NCBI GenBank assembly: GCA_964595455.1
Contig: CAZQQL010000002.1
Span: 725 to 64,724, forward strand
Direction of reading: 5' to 3'
Origin: an uncultured Dehalococcoidaceae bacterium
Lineage (GTDB): Bacteria; Chloroflexota; Dehalococcoidia; Dehalococcoidales; RBG-16-60-22
DNA: 64,000 nt
How positions within the stretch are numbered: the stretch's first letter is position 1; each line of letters starts with the position of its first letter. Position numbers and translations under genes: made by a program. The notes below the pieces were generated by a model. That model was given only the letters and a program-made list of their open reading frames with translations, was not told the DNA's origin and made no database searches. Of the stretch, positions 1-9,154 are shown one piece after another.

Positions 1-4
1 ATTC

Positions 5-460
5 TTATTTTTGGGAATGACTCACGAGGTTAGTAACCAGTTGAACGACAAAAAGACATAGCATAACGAGTCCCCATGTCAGGGAAGCCTTCCATGGCAT
101 TACCACGAACCCGTAATTCATCGCATAGTAAAGAGCCAAATACGGAACGACCAATTTCCAGTGTTTCTTCATATTCTCTCGGAAATCAGATTTCAAAACA
201 TAGTCAGATAGCCATTCAATGAACAAGAAACCTATAAATATCCCGAGGAAAATACTGTATCGTATTGATTCTTCTTCTTGTAAGACCAGAATAATTCCGT
301 AAACGGCAGGTATCCCAAGAAGCAAATATACCCATCCAAAACGGCGCACAAGGTCCAGCCTTCTTTTCCTGATCAGGAAAATAACTATCAGTAAAAGACT
401 ATTGATTAAACCTAAAATGAAGAAAAACTGTTCTATCGTCTTTCCTGGTCTCCTGTTCAC
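5..460 (-). CDS. hypothetical multi-pass membrane protein (151 aa)
   Basis: Complete ORF with several long hydrophobic segments (FFFILGLINSLLLIVIFLI, GWVYLLLGIPAVYGIILVL, LTWGLVMLCLFVVQLV). AT-rich compared with most of the window. No family recognised. Confidence 0.5.
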   Translation of the reverse strand: MNRRPGKTIEQFFFILGLINSLLLIVIFLIRKRRLDLVRRFGWVYLLLGIPAVYGIILVLQEEESIRYSIFLGIFIGFLFIEWLSDYVLKSDFRENMKKHWKLVVPYLALYYAMNYGFVVMPWKASLTWGLVMLCLFVVQLVTNLVSHSQK

Positions 461-588
461 ATTTCATATAATGCATGTCTGCTGGTACAACGTTGGTCAT
501 TGGCATCGCCTCTAGTGATATAGCCTCTATTAGAATGTTCAGCCTTTATTTTATACTTTTTACAAGAGGTTATGCTATAAAGATAAGT

Positions 589-1884
589 ATGAAACGGCTT
601 GGCTTGGTCGCGCTGGTACTGATTTCCTTGATGGACATGGCTTGTGCCGGGCAGGTATCGACCACCGTCACTGTTGAACCTTCACCATATCAGAAGCCGT
701 CTTACGATAAGTTCTCTCTCTGGACGGGCCCAACCCAGCTCCGCGGGGCCAACATCTACCAGCGTGTACTCTACCTTGAAGACTGGGACGATGCCGAAGT
801 CTGGGGCCAAGGCCCGCTCGGTCCGGCCTATACACAGGAAGACTTCGACCTTCTCTCTGAGGCGGGCGCCAACTTTATCGTTCTGTCCCACCCCGGCCTG
901 TTCGACGACCAGCCCCCGTATGGACTGAACCTGGACGTGCAGGACAACCTCGATAGATATATCGAGATGGCTGAAAAGGCCGGGCTGTTCGTCGTGATCG
1001 CATTCCGGACCGGGCCCGGCAGGAGCGAGTTCACCTTCTTCGGTATCGGTTCCGATGATGAATTCGTCAAGGGCCAGATGAACGACCAGGTCTGGAAAGA
1101 CCGGAAAGCCCAGGACAAATGGGTGGAGATGTGGCGTTACACGGCCTCAAGGTACCGTTACCATCCCGCGGTCATCGGGTATGAGTTGATGGTGGAGCCG
1201 AACTCCAACGGCGTCTGGCTGGAAGCATGGGGACCGGAAGAGTTCTACCCGGAATACGCCGGGACGCTGTATGACTGGAACCAGCTTTATCCCCGGATCA
1301 CGACCGCGATACGGGATGTCGATGACGATACGCCGATACTCATCGGAGGACTTGGCTGGAGCGCGGTTGAGTGGCTGCCATTCTTAGAACCGACGGAGGA
1401 TTCCCGGACGGTCTACACGGTGCACCAGTACGCCCCGCAGGAGCAGTACACGCACCAGATCGAGGATGAGTCCGGGCTGCTGCCGAACGGCTATCCCGGC
1501 AGGTTCGACACCAATGACGACGGCGACGACGAAGATTTCAACGAGGCATGGCTGCGTGACCTCCTCGAAACGGCAAAACAATTCAAAGATAAATACGATG
1601 TACCGGTAGCGGTGACCGAGTACGGCTGCGTAAGCTGGGAGCCGGGGGCCGGGCAATTCCTCGACGATGAAATGGCCCTGTTCGAGGAACTGGGGCTGAA
1701 CTACGCTCTCTGGTCGTGGCAGCCGGTCTCAGAGGAATACAACAGGATACAGAACAAGATGAACTACACCCTCGGCGCCGATCCCGATAACCTTGTTGAA
1801 GGGGACTGGGACCTGTTCCTGATGATAAAGGACTATTGGAGCAGGAATGAGATAGGGTTATTGGAGGTTTATCTGCCTGATTAG
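589..1884 (+). CDS. glycoside hydrolase family 5 (cellulase-like), secreted
   Basis: GH5-like catalytic motifs: GYELMVEPN (the NEP-type acid/base region) and VAVTEYG (nucleophile Glu region). The ORF opens at 475, but the ATG at 589 gives a signal-peptide-like N-terminus (MKRLGLVALVLISLMDMACAG). Confidence 0.7.
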   Translation: MKRLGLVALVLISLMDMACAGQVSTTVTVEPSPYQKPSYDKFSLWTGPTQLRGANIYQRVLYLEDWDDAEVWGQGPLGPAYTQEDFDLLSEAGANFIVLSHPGLFDDQPPYGLNLDVQDNLDRYIEMAEKAGLFVVIAFRTGPGRSEFTFFGIGSDDEFVKGQMNDQVWKDRKAQDKWVEMWRYTASRYRYHPAVIGYELMVEPNSNGVWLEAWGPEEFYPEYAGTLYDWNQLYPRITTAIRDVDDDTPILIGGLGWSAVEWLPFLEPTEDSRTVYTVHQYAPQEQYTHQIEDESGLLPNGYPGRFDTNDDGDDEDFNEAWLRDLLETAKQFKDKYDVPVAVTEYGCVSWEPGAGQFLDDEMALFEELGLNYALWSWQPVSEEYNRIQNKMNYTLGADPDNLVEGDWDLFLMIKDYWSRNEIGLLEVYLPD

Positions 1885-1939
1885 TCTAGATCCAGATGGT
1901 CTCTCATAGCGGTTCAGGAATTAGGGGTTACGGTCGTTA

Positions 1940-2626
1940 TTAGGGCCACCAATTATCAAATGGTATATAGTATTTGACTCCTACAGCCTCTAGTAGACGA
2001 TGGTTCACATTTCTTGGAGCCATCAGATATACCCATACACCTTTTGTTCTCAAACTTTGGATTAAGTCAATGTAGTCACCGTCCGAAGCGATGAGTACGA
2101 AAATAGTATCTTGAGGTTCCTGGTTACAATCACTCCATGCTTGCGAGTCGAGTTCTTTGTCGATATTGGAATTGAATATCTGGGGACGCCATCCAAATTT
2201 TGACAATTCGCTTATTGCATGCGACTGGAAAGAACTCGCGAATACTTTTAACAAGTAAGAATGAGTTGTGGGAAACGTTTGTTGAAGGAGGTCTTTGATA
2301 GACGAGCCCTTTTGATTAGCATTAAGAAATGTCCAACCTTGATTCTGAAAATCCCAGAATCCGATTAATCTTGACCGGCCCTGTTTCATTTCAATCTCCT
2401 TCAACATGAAAAAATCAGGCTCAATATGGTTTTCCACCGCTAACGAATAAATGGCTGAAAGTGAGTCTAGATCGGGTTTTACTTTACCCAATTCCCATCG
2501 TGAGATAGCGGTTTTTGTTACCCCTAATTCTTGGGCGAACTTTTCTTGAGTAAGATGCAACTGATTTCGGATTTTGGATATACTAGCTTGGTCAAATACA
2601 TACTTTCTTTTTTTTATAGGTGTCAT
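1940..2626 (-). CDS. XRE-type HTH fused to NYN/LabA-like predicted RNase domain
   Basis: N-terminal HTH: LHLTQEKFAQELGVTKTAISRWELGK. C-terminal NYN-like motifs: IGFWDFQN (D..N) and IFVLIASDGDYIDLIQSLRTKGVWVYLM (the SxDxD plus G-V-V pattern). AT-rich. Confidence 0.65.
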   Translation of the reverse strand: MTPIKKRKYVFDQASISKIRNQLHLTQEKFAQELGVTKTAISRWELGKVKPDLDSLSAIYSLAVENHIEPDFFMLKEIEMKQGRSRLIGFWDFQNQGWTFLNANQKGSSIKDLLQQTFPTTHSYLLKVFASSFQSHAISELSKFGWRPQIFNSNIDKELDSQAWSDCNQEPQDTIFVLIASDGDYIDLIQSLRTKGVWVYLMAPRNVNHRLLEAVGVKYYIPFDNWWP

Positions 2627-2719
2627 ATTCTATTCTTCCTAGCCTTGACAACATTATGGACTATATTGTAATCTGTGTCAATCCTATATGATGATAAAAA
2701 AGGTACTTAATGATGACAA

Positions 2720-4096
2720 GTGGATTGTATGAGATCGATTAGTGGTCTTCTCAAGCAGTGGGACTGGGCGTTGTTCGGTCTCATCTTCCTGTATATGGCC
2801 CTGCCTCAGTTCTACCGCTCCTACAGCGTTTACCTCATCGGTAACGCGATACCGGACACCAATGCCCTTGCTACCGTAGCCCAATGGCAGTTCATTGAAC
2901 TGCTCTTGGAGATTATCTAGGAGACATTCGTCCTGGCTATCTTCTTCTTTGTTGGCAGGGGGCTGCAAAATAAGGAAGGACCGGGTTCTCCCATTCGCAC
3001 GTCTCTTTCCTCAATCCTCGTTTTTTCCTTTGTGATTGCGGGAATCCTCTTTTTCACTTCCGGCAACTTTGTTGACATTATCGGGACACCCGAGGCTATC
3101 CGGGAAACCACATCTGTTTTTCTCAAGATCAAATCAGCCGGTGTACCGATTACGCTACTGAGCATGGCCTTGGTTATCATTGTTGAGACTATCAATCATA
3201 AGCGGATAATCCTAACCTTAGCCATCCTGCAGGTCGTGTATCGTTTTATCCTGGACAGCCTTTTTTATGGCGGATACTCATTCTCACTGGATTTGGGTGT
3301 ACTTGGGGTTGGTTGGGCGGACCTTGGCGCCAGCCTGGCCTTATTGATAACAGCCATAATCTTGATCCGTAAAAAATTATTCCAGGGCGTTACCGGTCTG
3401 AAATCGTTTTTCGCCTTCAAGGATCTGAAGACCTATCTTGGCGTTGGGGGATGGTCTGGGCTGGACAGCATGGTCAGGAACTTTGCTTATTTTTTTATGG
3501 TGATAAGGCTCCTTAACTTGCTTGGAGAAGACTCTATCGGCGGCTATTATCTAGCTATGCACATCTTCTGGAGTTTCCTGCTGGTCCCGATACTGGCCCT
3601 CTCCGAGAGTTCCCGAGTGTTGATTGCCAATCACTCAAAGGATATCACCAAAGTCCGGAAACTGTGGTACTCGTCCATGGTCATCGGCGGACTGATTCTG
3701 GTGCTCTGGATGGTCTTTTTGCCATTCTGGAATACTGTAGCCAGTTTGCTTAACACCAATGCGGAAGTGGTGAGATTATCCGGAGAAGCAATGGGCCTAC
3801 TGATAGTTCCCTACATCCTTCTGGCGCTCAATACAGTCACGGACAGCATCTTCTACGGGGTGGGTAAAACTAAATACCAGGCTTACCAGGCTATCCTCAC
3901 CAACGGGACGGTGTATGTGGCAGCCTTTCTTCTTTATTTAACGGATATCTGGACACCAACATTCACGTCGATAATGATCCTCTTCGGGGCTGGAATCATA
4001 GTGGACTCTGTGCTGACCGTCTATTTCGCCATGCGTGTGTTGTTTCAGAAACCTCAGCGAAATACCGGGAGAGTTGAACTAGCACCTTCGGCATAA
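2720..4096 (+). pseudogene. MATE/MOP-superfamily transporter-like gene interrupted by a single in-frame TAG (2918..2920)
   Basis: ORFs 2720..2920 and 3032..4096 are in the same frame. Translating 2921..3031 gives ETFVLAIFFFVGRGLQNKEGPGSPIRTSLSSILVFSF with no further stop. The joined product is about 458 aa and hydrophobic throughout, consistent with roughly 12 TM segments. Confidence 0.5.
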
Positions 4097-4217
4097 CTCT
4101 CACTCTCCGTAAACCCCAAACCAAGCCTAGCAGTACCCGTTAGACCAGCAAGTATGTTCATCTATTGCCCTCATCCGCCCGCGCCGATATACTCCAAACA
4201 CAATCACGAGAACAACC

Positions 4218-4427
4218 GTGGAGGTAAGGGCAATGAACAAGGACGTACTCATGGGCAACTGGAAGCAACTGAAAGGGAAAGCCTGGGAAGAATGGGGTAA
4301 ACTGACCGATGATGACCTCGACCAGATCAACGGCAACTACGAGCAGTTAGTCGGGAAGGTACAGGAAAGGTACGGCCTCGAGAGGGATGAGGCCCGTAAA
4401 AAGGTGGATGACTGGCAGAACCGCTAG
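4218..4427 (+). CDS. CsbD-family stress-response protein
   Basis: 69 aa with a typical CsbD pattern: GNWKQLKGKAWEEWGKLTDDDLDQINGNYEQLVGKVQERYG. Confidence 0.8.
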   Translation: MEVRAMNKDVLMGNWKQLKGKAWEEWGKLTDDDLDQINGNYEQLVGKVQERYGLERDEARKKVDDWQNR

Positions 4428-4440
4428 TCAAGGCGTCAGG

Positions 4441-5166
4441 TTAGAACTGGGACAATAATCGGCCGCAGCCCTCTATCCGGTCTTTAATCCCGGCAAGCCG
4501 GAGCATGTTCCACAGCGTTGCCTGGTTGCTGGTGATGACCGGCTTACCCAGGTCCGTTTCCAGGCTCTCGATAATTTCAAGCGTGTGCAGGCTGGTGCAG
4601 CTGATGAACAGGGCCTGGCTCTCCGGCGTATCCACCTCCATGGCCAACTCCCGGAGCATCTCTCTGGAAACTCGGTGTATCTCGAACCCGCCAAGGTCCA
4701 GCCACTTGGCTTTGAGGACTTCGATGCCGTTGTCCTCGACGAATTTAACCGCCACTTTCGCCACTTCTTCCAGGTAGGGCATGGCGATGGATACACGCTC
4801 GATTCCCATTCTCTTCAGCGCTTCGATGACGGAGGTGGATGTCGTCGTCGCCGGGACGTCGGTCACCGACTTGATCTTCTCGATAAGTTCCAGGTCGTAC
4901 TTGTACCCGCCGATGAAGCTGGTGCCCGTCCCGGTCATCGCCACGACGCTCGGCCTGGCGTCCATCAGCAGCTTCGTCGCGTCGATGATGTAGTCCGCCG
5001 CCTTGAACACGTCTTCGAGTCCGTTCGGCTTGCGTATGTCGCCCCCGAACTTGTACCGGTGGTAGTGGCAACTGACCCCTTCCGGGACCGCCATCTCGAA
5101 TTCCGGCTCCGTTACGATGTTCCCTGACGGTACGAGGACTCCCAGCCTGGCTCGCCATCCGTACAT
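4441..5166 (-). CDS. Asp/Glu/hydantoin-racemase superfamily enzyme (maleate cis-trans isomerase / arylmalonate decarboxylase-like)
   Basis: The N-terminus MYGWRARLGVLVPSGNIVTEPEF and the 241-aa length are typical of the maleate isomerase family. Cys-containing segment FISCTSLHT near the C-terminal half. Confidence 0.65.
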   Translation of the reverse strand: MYGWRARLGVLVPSGNIVTEPEFEMAVPEGVSCHYHRYKFGGDIRKPNGLEDVFKAADYIIDATKLLMDARPSVVAMTGTGTSFIGGYKYDLELIEKIKSVTDVPATTTSTSVIEALKRMGIERVSIAMPYLEEVAKVAVKFVEDNGIEVLKAKWLDLGGFEIHRVSREMLRELAMEVDTPESQALFISCTSLHTLEIIESLETDLGKPVITSNQATLWNMLRLAGIKDRIEGCGRLLSQF

Positions 5167-5269
5167 TGACTGTCTCCTTGTGCTTGTCGACGCGTTGAGT
5201 TCGTGGTCGTCTGGTTGGCCTTTCCTTCGTGTGATAAACTAACTAGTAACGGTACCAGGGAGGAAGGCT

Positions 5270-5446
5270 ATGTCACCGAACGCTAAAAGGGCTCTGATCA
5301 CTCTGCTAGGAGGCGCTGGTGTCGTCGTCCTTCTGATAGGACTGTTCACTGACGCCTACGGTTTCTGGGTCGGGATCATTGGGGCGATAGCTATCTGGAT
5401 AGTGACCGGAGCGGTTTCCACCTGGCTCGGAACGAATCAAAAATAG
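5270..5446 (+). CDS. small membrane protein (58 aa, below the ORF-track cutoff)
   Basis: ATG preceded by a strong SD (GGGAGGAAGGCT-ATG). Translation: MSPNAKRALITLLGGAGVVVLLIGLFTDAYGFWVGIIGAIAIWIVTGAVSTWLGTNQK, giving two hydrophobic helices. Followed by a hairpin terminator. Confidence 0.5.
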   Translation: MSPNAKRALITLLGGAGVVVLLIGLFTDAYGFWVGIIGAIAIWIVTGAVSTWLGTNQK

Positions 5447-5497
5447 TGCCGGTTATCGTCACAAACTCCTTGATGTCGTTGCCCCTGTTTTCATGAA

Positions 5498-5530
5498 CCG
5501 GGCGGGATTTCCCGCCCGGGTTTTATTTCT
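5498..5530 (+). terminator. rho-independent terminator-like hairpin
   Basis: CCGGGCGGG-ATTT-CCCGCCCGG followed by GTTTTATTTCT. Lies between the convergent small ORF (+) and the ferredoxin gene (-). Confidence 0.5.
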
Positions 5531-5536
5531 GAACTA

Positions 5537-5839
5537 CTAATAAGTGTCCCGCATCACCTTGCCGGTGACCTTGTCCTTCCACGAGCCCCGCTGCTGTATC
5601 GGCCAGTTGAAGGAGATGGCTCCGGGAGTCGGGCAGTCATTGACACAGGTGCCGCAGTACCAGCACTCGTCGGGGTGCAGGATGATCGGTGGCTTCCCTT
5701 TCTGCGAGTTGGGGATGTACACGTCCACCGGGCAGACCTCGGTACAGATGTTGCAGCCTATGCAAACGGCGGGATCGAATGTCACCGGCGCGCTCGGGGT
5801 GGTTATGTTAGGCAGGGCGTTGAGCTGTATCTTTGCCAT
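5537..5839 (-). CDS. 2x[4Fe-4S] ferredoxin-type small subunit
   Basis: Two CxxCxxCxxxCP motifs (CIGCNICTEVCP, CWYCGTCVNDCP). Sits 10 nt downstream of the flavoprotein gene, so it is probably its electron-transfer subunit. Confidence 0.8.
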   Translation of the reverse strand: MAKIQLNALPNITTPSAPVTFDPAVCIGCNICTEVCPVDVYIPNSQKGKPPIILHPDECWYCGTCVNDCPTPGAISFNWPIQQRGSWKDKVTGKVMRDTY

Positions 5840-5849
5840 CGTTATCTCC

Positions 5850-7781
5850 TTATTTCCGCTGGTAGACGCCGGTGTAGTCCCGGTTGCGTGCTTCGTAATT
5901 GGCCTTCATGTCGCCCCAGAAGTCCATCGGCAGGAAACTGGTAGCGACCCTGTTGTCCTTCAGCTTGATGGCCAGGTACTTGTTCCATTCCGGCGGGTCG
6001 AGTTCCGGGTAGTCGATCCGGCGGAAGTTGAGGGCCACACTGCTGGCTTTCCGGGCCATTGACGCATGCATGACCATCTGTGCGTGGGCCAGCATGCTGA
6101 GGTCTTCGATGCTCCGCATCAGCTTGTGCGGATCGAGGGAGTACAGCCTCGGCACGAACACTTCCTCTATCTCATCGAGCGCCTCGAGGCCGGTCTTCAG
6201 CAGCGATTCGGTCTTGTACTCCGAGCAGAAGTACTGCATCACCCGCGCGATGCCGGCGTTCAGTTCCTTCCATTCGACGCCGCTGTCCCGCCTGATGGGG
6301 GCGTAGACCCGGTTTTTCTCCTTATCCACCTGTTCCCGTGAGACCTTGGGAGGCGCGATTTCCCGGGCGTACACGGACGCCTTACGCCCGGCGTACCTCC
6401 CCGTGCAGGCGGCAAAACTGTGGTCGCCGTGGGAGAACAACTGCTCTCCGGCGGCGTAGAGGCCGTCCAGCGAGCATTTCAGGTCCCAGTCGATGACCGG
6501 ACCGCCGCCTCGCGCCGTCCGCCACTGCGAATGCGTCTCTCCCTCGATGAAGGAGTAATTCTGAAGAAGGTGCTTGCTCGGGTCGAACCCGGCCCGCTCG
6601 TAGGTGCTGGTGATGATCCTGGTTGTGGATTCCTCACCCAACATCAGCTTCCAGGTCGTTTTTCGCTCGATGTCCTTCATGGCGGGGAAATCGCCATAGA
6701 ACGGGAGCGCCCATTCGCCCTTCAAGATACCCTGGCGGATGGCTTCCCGTACCTGCGGGGGCGGCCCCATCTCGCCGCCGTCCTCCCAACCCTGCATCGG
6801 CCACGGCAGCTTCTTCCCGTTGGCGTCCACCAGAGGGACGTTCTCGTAGCTGGCGTCCCCGGCGCCGCCGTACCAGGTGTGCTTGTAGCCGGTACCCAGC
6901 ATCAGCGGGACGGTCTTTTCCATCATCACCAGGTCCGCGCCGGCCCTCCAGGCCATCGCCAGGCCGTCCCCGGTAGCCGTCCGGCTTCGGAACTGCTTGC
7001 TCCCGGCCCGTTCCGTATCGAGCATCCACATGTAAAAGTCGCCGGCGGCGGAAAGAATCGTCGCCTTGGCTTTGAAAATCAGGAATTCCCCGGTGCGGCT
7101 GTTAAGGCCGGTCGCCCCGACCACCCTGGCGCCCTGGACGCCGCCTTCATTCAGGAGGCTGGTGACCATGACGCGGTCGAATATCTGAACGCCCAGTCTC
7201 TGGCATTCTTTCTTCAGGAGCGGCTTGAAATTGGAGCCCCAGATGCGGATGACGAGGTTCATGGTCTGGTTCGGATTGGTGCGCGGAGAGAACATGAACC
7301 TGGTATCTTCATGCCGGCCTTCCGCGCCGACGTATTCATCATCGGTGTCCCTGATCTTGCCGCCCATCTGCTCCATCTCCAGCAGGGTATCGTAGCTCTC
7401 ACGGCACGTTATCTGCGCCCCGATGCCGTTGCCGTACGGGGCTTTCATGGTCATTTTGGGTATGGCGGACATGGTCCCCGGGGTGCCGGCCATCACTTTG
7501 GCCCATTCGTCCGGGTTGACCTTGGAATGAGGATTGGCGGGACACTGGCACCAGTGGTCGCAGCCGGGACCGCCGGAACCGCTCCGGGCGGTATTGCTCT
7601 TTTCCGCCAGGACTACTTTTGCCCCGGTCCGCGCGGCGCTGATGGCCGCCCAGCAGCCGGCTATCCCTCCGCCGATGACGAGGACGTCTGCTTCGACCTC
7701 CCTCTCGGCGTCGTAGTCGACCGGGTAGGGCCAGGGAGGAGCTTTCCCTTCATTGTTGTAATATTCGTGCCACTTGGTCAT
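5850..7781 (-). CDS. FAD-binding flavoprotein of the SdhA/FrdA/AprA family (643 aa)
   Basis: N-terminal dinucleotide fold ADVLVIGGGIAGCWAAISAARTGAKVVLAEK. The size and the adjacent small ferredoxin resemble the AprA/AprB-like architecture. Confidence 0.7.
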   Translation of the reverse strand: MTKWHEYYNNEGKAPPWPYPVDYDAEREVEADVLVIGGGIAGCWAAISAARTGAKVVLAEKSNTARSGSGGPGCDHWCQCPANPHSKVNPDEWAKVMAGTPGTMSAIPKMTMKAPYGNGIGAQITCRESYDTLLEMEQMGGKIRDTDDEYVGAEGRHEDTRFMFSPRTNPNQTMNLVIRIWGSNFKPLLKKECQRLGVQIFDRVMVTSLLNEGGVQGARVVGATGLNSRTGEFLIFKAKATILSAAGDFYMWMLDTERAGSKQFRSRTATGDGLAMAWRAGADLVMMEKTVPLMLGTGYKHTWYGGAGDASYENVPLVDANGKKLPWPMQGWEDGGEMGPPPQVREAIRQGILKGEWALPFYGDFPAMKDIERKTTWKLMLGEESTTRIITSTYERAGFDPSKHLLQNYSFIEGETHSQWRTARGGGPVIDWDLKCSLDGLYAAGEQLFSHGDHSFAACTGRYAGRKASVYAREIAPPKVSREQVDKEKNRVYAPIRRDSGVEWKELNAGIARVMQYFCSEYKTESLLKTGLEALDEIEEVFVPRLYSLDPHKLMRSIEDLSMLAHAQMVMHASMARKASSVALNFRRIDYPELDPPEWNKYLAIKLKDNRVATSFLPMDFWGDMKANYEARNRDYTGVYQRK

Positions 7782-7981
7782 GCTGTGTTTCTCCTCGAAT
7801 CATTGACTTTCCAAAGGCTGAGCGGCGAACGGCCGCCCTTTTCTCATAAACTACAGTTAAACATATCCACTATGCAGCGGTCAAAACACAGGGATCGCAC
7901 CGAGCCGCGGTGTGATGGACATCGTAAAATGATAATACGGGCAGTAACGTTTCAGAAGGCCCCAGTTTGACCTTTGACTTG

Positions 7982-8431
7982 TTAGTGGTACTTCCCCCCG
8001 GAATGCGTGGTGAAGTTGAAGATCGGCTTGTCCACCCGCCGGTAGATGAGCGGGCAATGCATCAGCCCCTTCGGGATGAAGATGATGCAGGATTTGGTCA
8101 GGAGGTGCTTTTCATCGCCGAGCCAGAACTCGACCTCTCCGTTGAGTTCGTAAGGGTCCTCCAGATCAGTCCCGAACATGGCGAGGACTTCATCGTAATC
8201 GTGCTGGTGCGGTTCGGACACAGCCTTCGGTTCCGTGATCAGTCCCCGCGCAGGCGACCACGCCGTCTCCACGTAGAAAGCTCCGGGTACTACTTCGTTA
8301 TCAAGGAACAGCAGGCGGCCTCCCCGGCCTTTTCCGGCGGCCTGGATCGGATTGGTCCACGCTGCCTCGTCGATGTTATGCTTCAACTCCGTGATGATGT
8401 ACTTCCCGTATTTGGTCTCATCCATGATCAA
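7982..8431 (-). CDS. cupin-fold protein, paralog family member 1
   Basis: Cupin motif 1: HQHDYDEVLAMFG (HxHxxxE). Motif 2: FIPKGLMHCP (PxGxxH). Shares the N-terminal KYGKYI and C-terminal VDKPIF pattern with ORFs 16828, 16358, 15479 and 29665. Confidence 0.6.
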   Translation of the reverse strand: MIMDETKYGKYIITELKHNIDEAAWTNPIQAAGKGRGGRLLFLDNEVVPGAFYVETAWSPARGLITEPKAVSEPHQHDYDEVLAMFGTDLEDPYELNGEVEFWLGDEKHLLTKSCIIFIPKGLMHCPLIYRRVDKPIFNFTTHSGGKYH

Positions 8432-8547
8432 ACCTCCCGGTAAACAAATGGCACGCCAACTCTATATCGTTTTGGCCCTCGTGACAAAAGCAGGGTTGTC
8501 CGGATGCTCCGGCAGAATGCAGCTTTCCTGCCATGCGGGGACTCGAA

Positions 8548-9021
8548 TCACTCCGGCACATCGCAGAAGTTGGTAAATTCGAGCACCAGGTTGGCAATTT
8601 TCAGGTCTACGTAAGCGGCCCCCATCTTGCCGCTGATGTTCCCGTAGAACGGCACTTCCGCTCCCAGCGCTTTCAGCCGGTCTGTTTCCGCTTCGACGTC
8701 TTCAACCTGGAACCCGATGTGGTGGATGCCCTCCCCTTTGGCCTTGAGGAAGTCCGACCATGGGTTGGGTCCTTCACCCGGCTGGATGAATTCGAGGCTC
8801 ATGTTGCCGTAGCGCAGTATGGCCACCTTCATCCTGTCATCGAAGGGTTTGTCCAGGTAGAACAACCCCTCGGCGCCTTCCGGAGGCGCACCCTGCACCA
8901 GTTCTCCAATGCCTAGTTCCTTTATACGCTCGATGGTCTTGTCCAGGTCTTTGACGAGTACCGCCACGTCCCAGAGTTTCGGTTGCTTCGATTTGGCCGG
9001 CTGATTCGTGTCCATTTGCAT
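8548..9021 (-). CDS. VOC/glyoxalase-family protein (methylmalonyl-CoA epimerase-like)
   Basis: LWDVAVLVKDLDKTIERIKELG and GEGIHHIGFQVEDVEAETDRLKALG are typical of the paired beta-alpha-beta-beta-beta VOC modules. Confidence 0.7.
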   Translation of the reverse strand: MQMDTNQPAKSKQPKLWDVAVLVKDLDKTIERIKELGIGELVQGAPPEGAEGLFYLDKPFDDRMKVAILRYGNMSLEFIQPGEGPNPWSDFLKAKGEGIHHIGFQVEDVEAETDRLKALGAEVPFYGNISGKMGAAYVDLKIANLVLEFTNFCDVPE

Positions 9022-9154
9022 CTCCTGACTATATTACGCGTAGTGCCTTCAGAGCATCTTAGGAAATACTCCGGGGGATGTCAACCCGGGTTACCCGGAG
9101 CAGAAACGCCGCCGACGTGGTATGATGGAGTACCAAAACCGGGGAGGTAATGAA

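Noticed and set aside
4473-5158. Nested ORFs inside and opposite the maleate-isomerase-like gene (4473..4796, 4585..5127, 4745..5158).
   Set aside because: They are alternative frames of a gene with a clear family match. Their translations are Arg/Gly/Pro-rich and lack motifs.
5537-7781. Annotating the flavoprotein/ferredoxin pair as adenylylsulfate reductase AprAB.
   Set aside because: Only the general architecture is similar. The small subunit is about 100 aa, shorter than I expect for AprB. No sat, qmo or dsr genes are nearby. The surrounding genes are organic-acid catabolism.
6420-7970. Long ORFs antisense to recognisable enzymes: 6420..7970, 21166..22353, 24870..26045, 30831..32102, 32820..34322, 39003..39833, 15353..16384 and 61046..62077.
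   Set aside because: Each lies opposite a gene with clear family motifs (FAD flavoprotein, enolase, CoA-transferase, GltD-like, FAD oxidoreductase, PEPM, cupin, MutL). Their translations are Arg/Gly/Pro-rich with no motifs. These are GC-driven stop-free frames.
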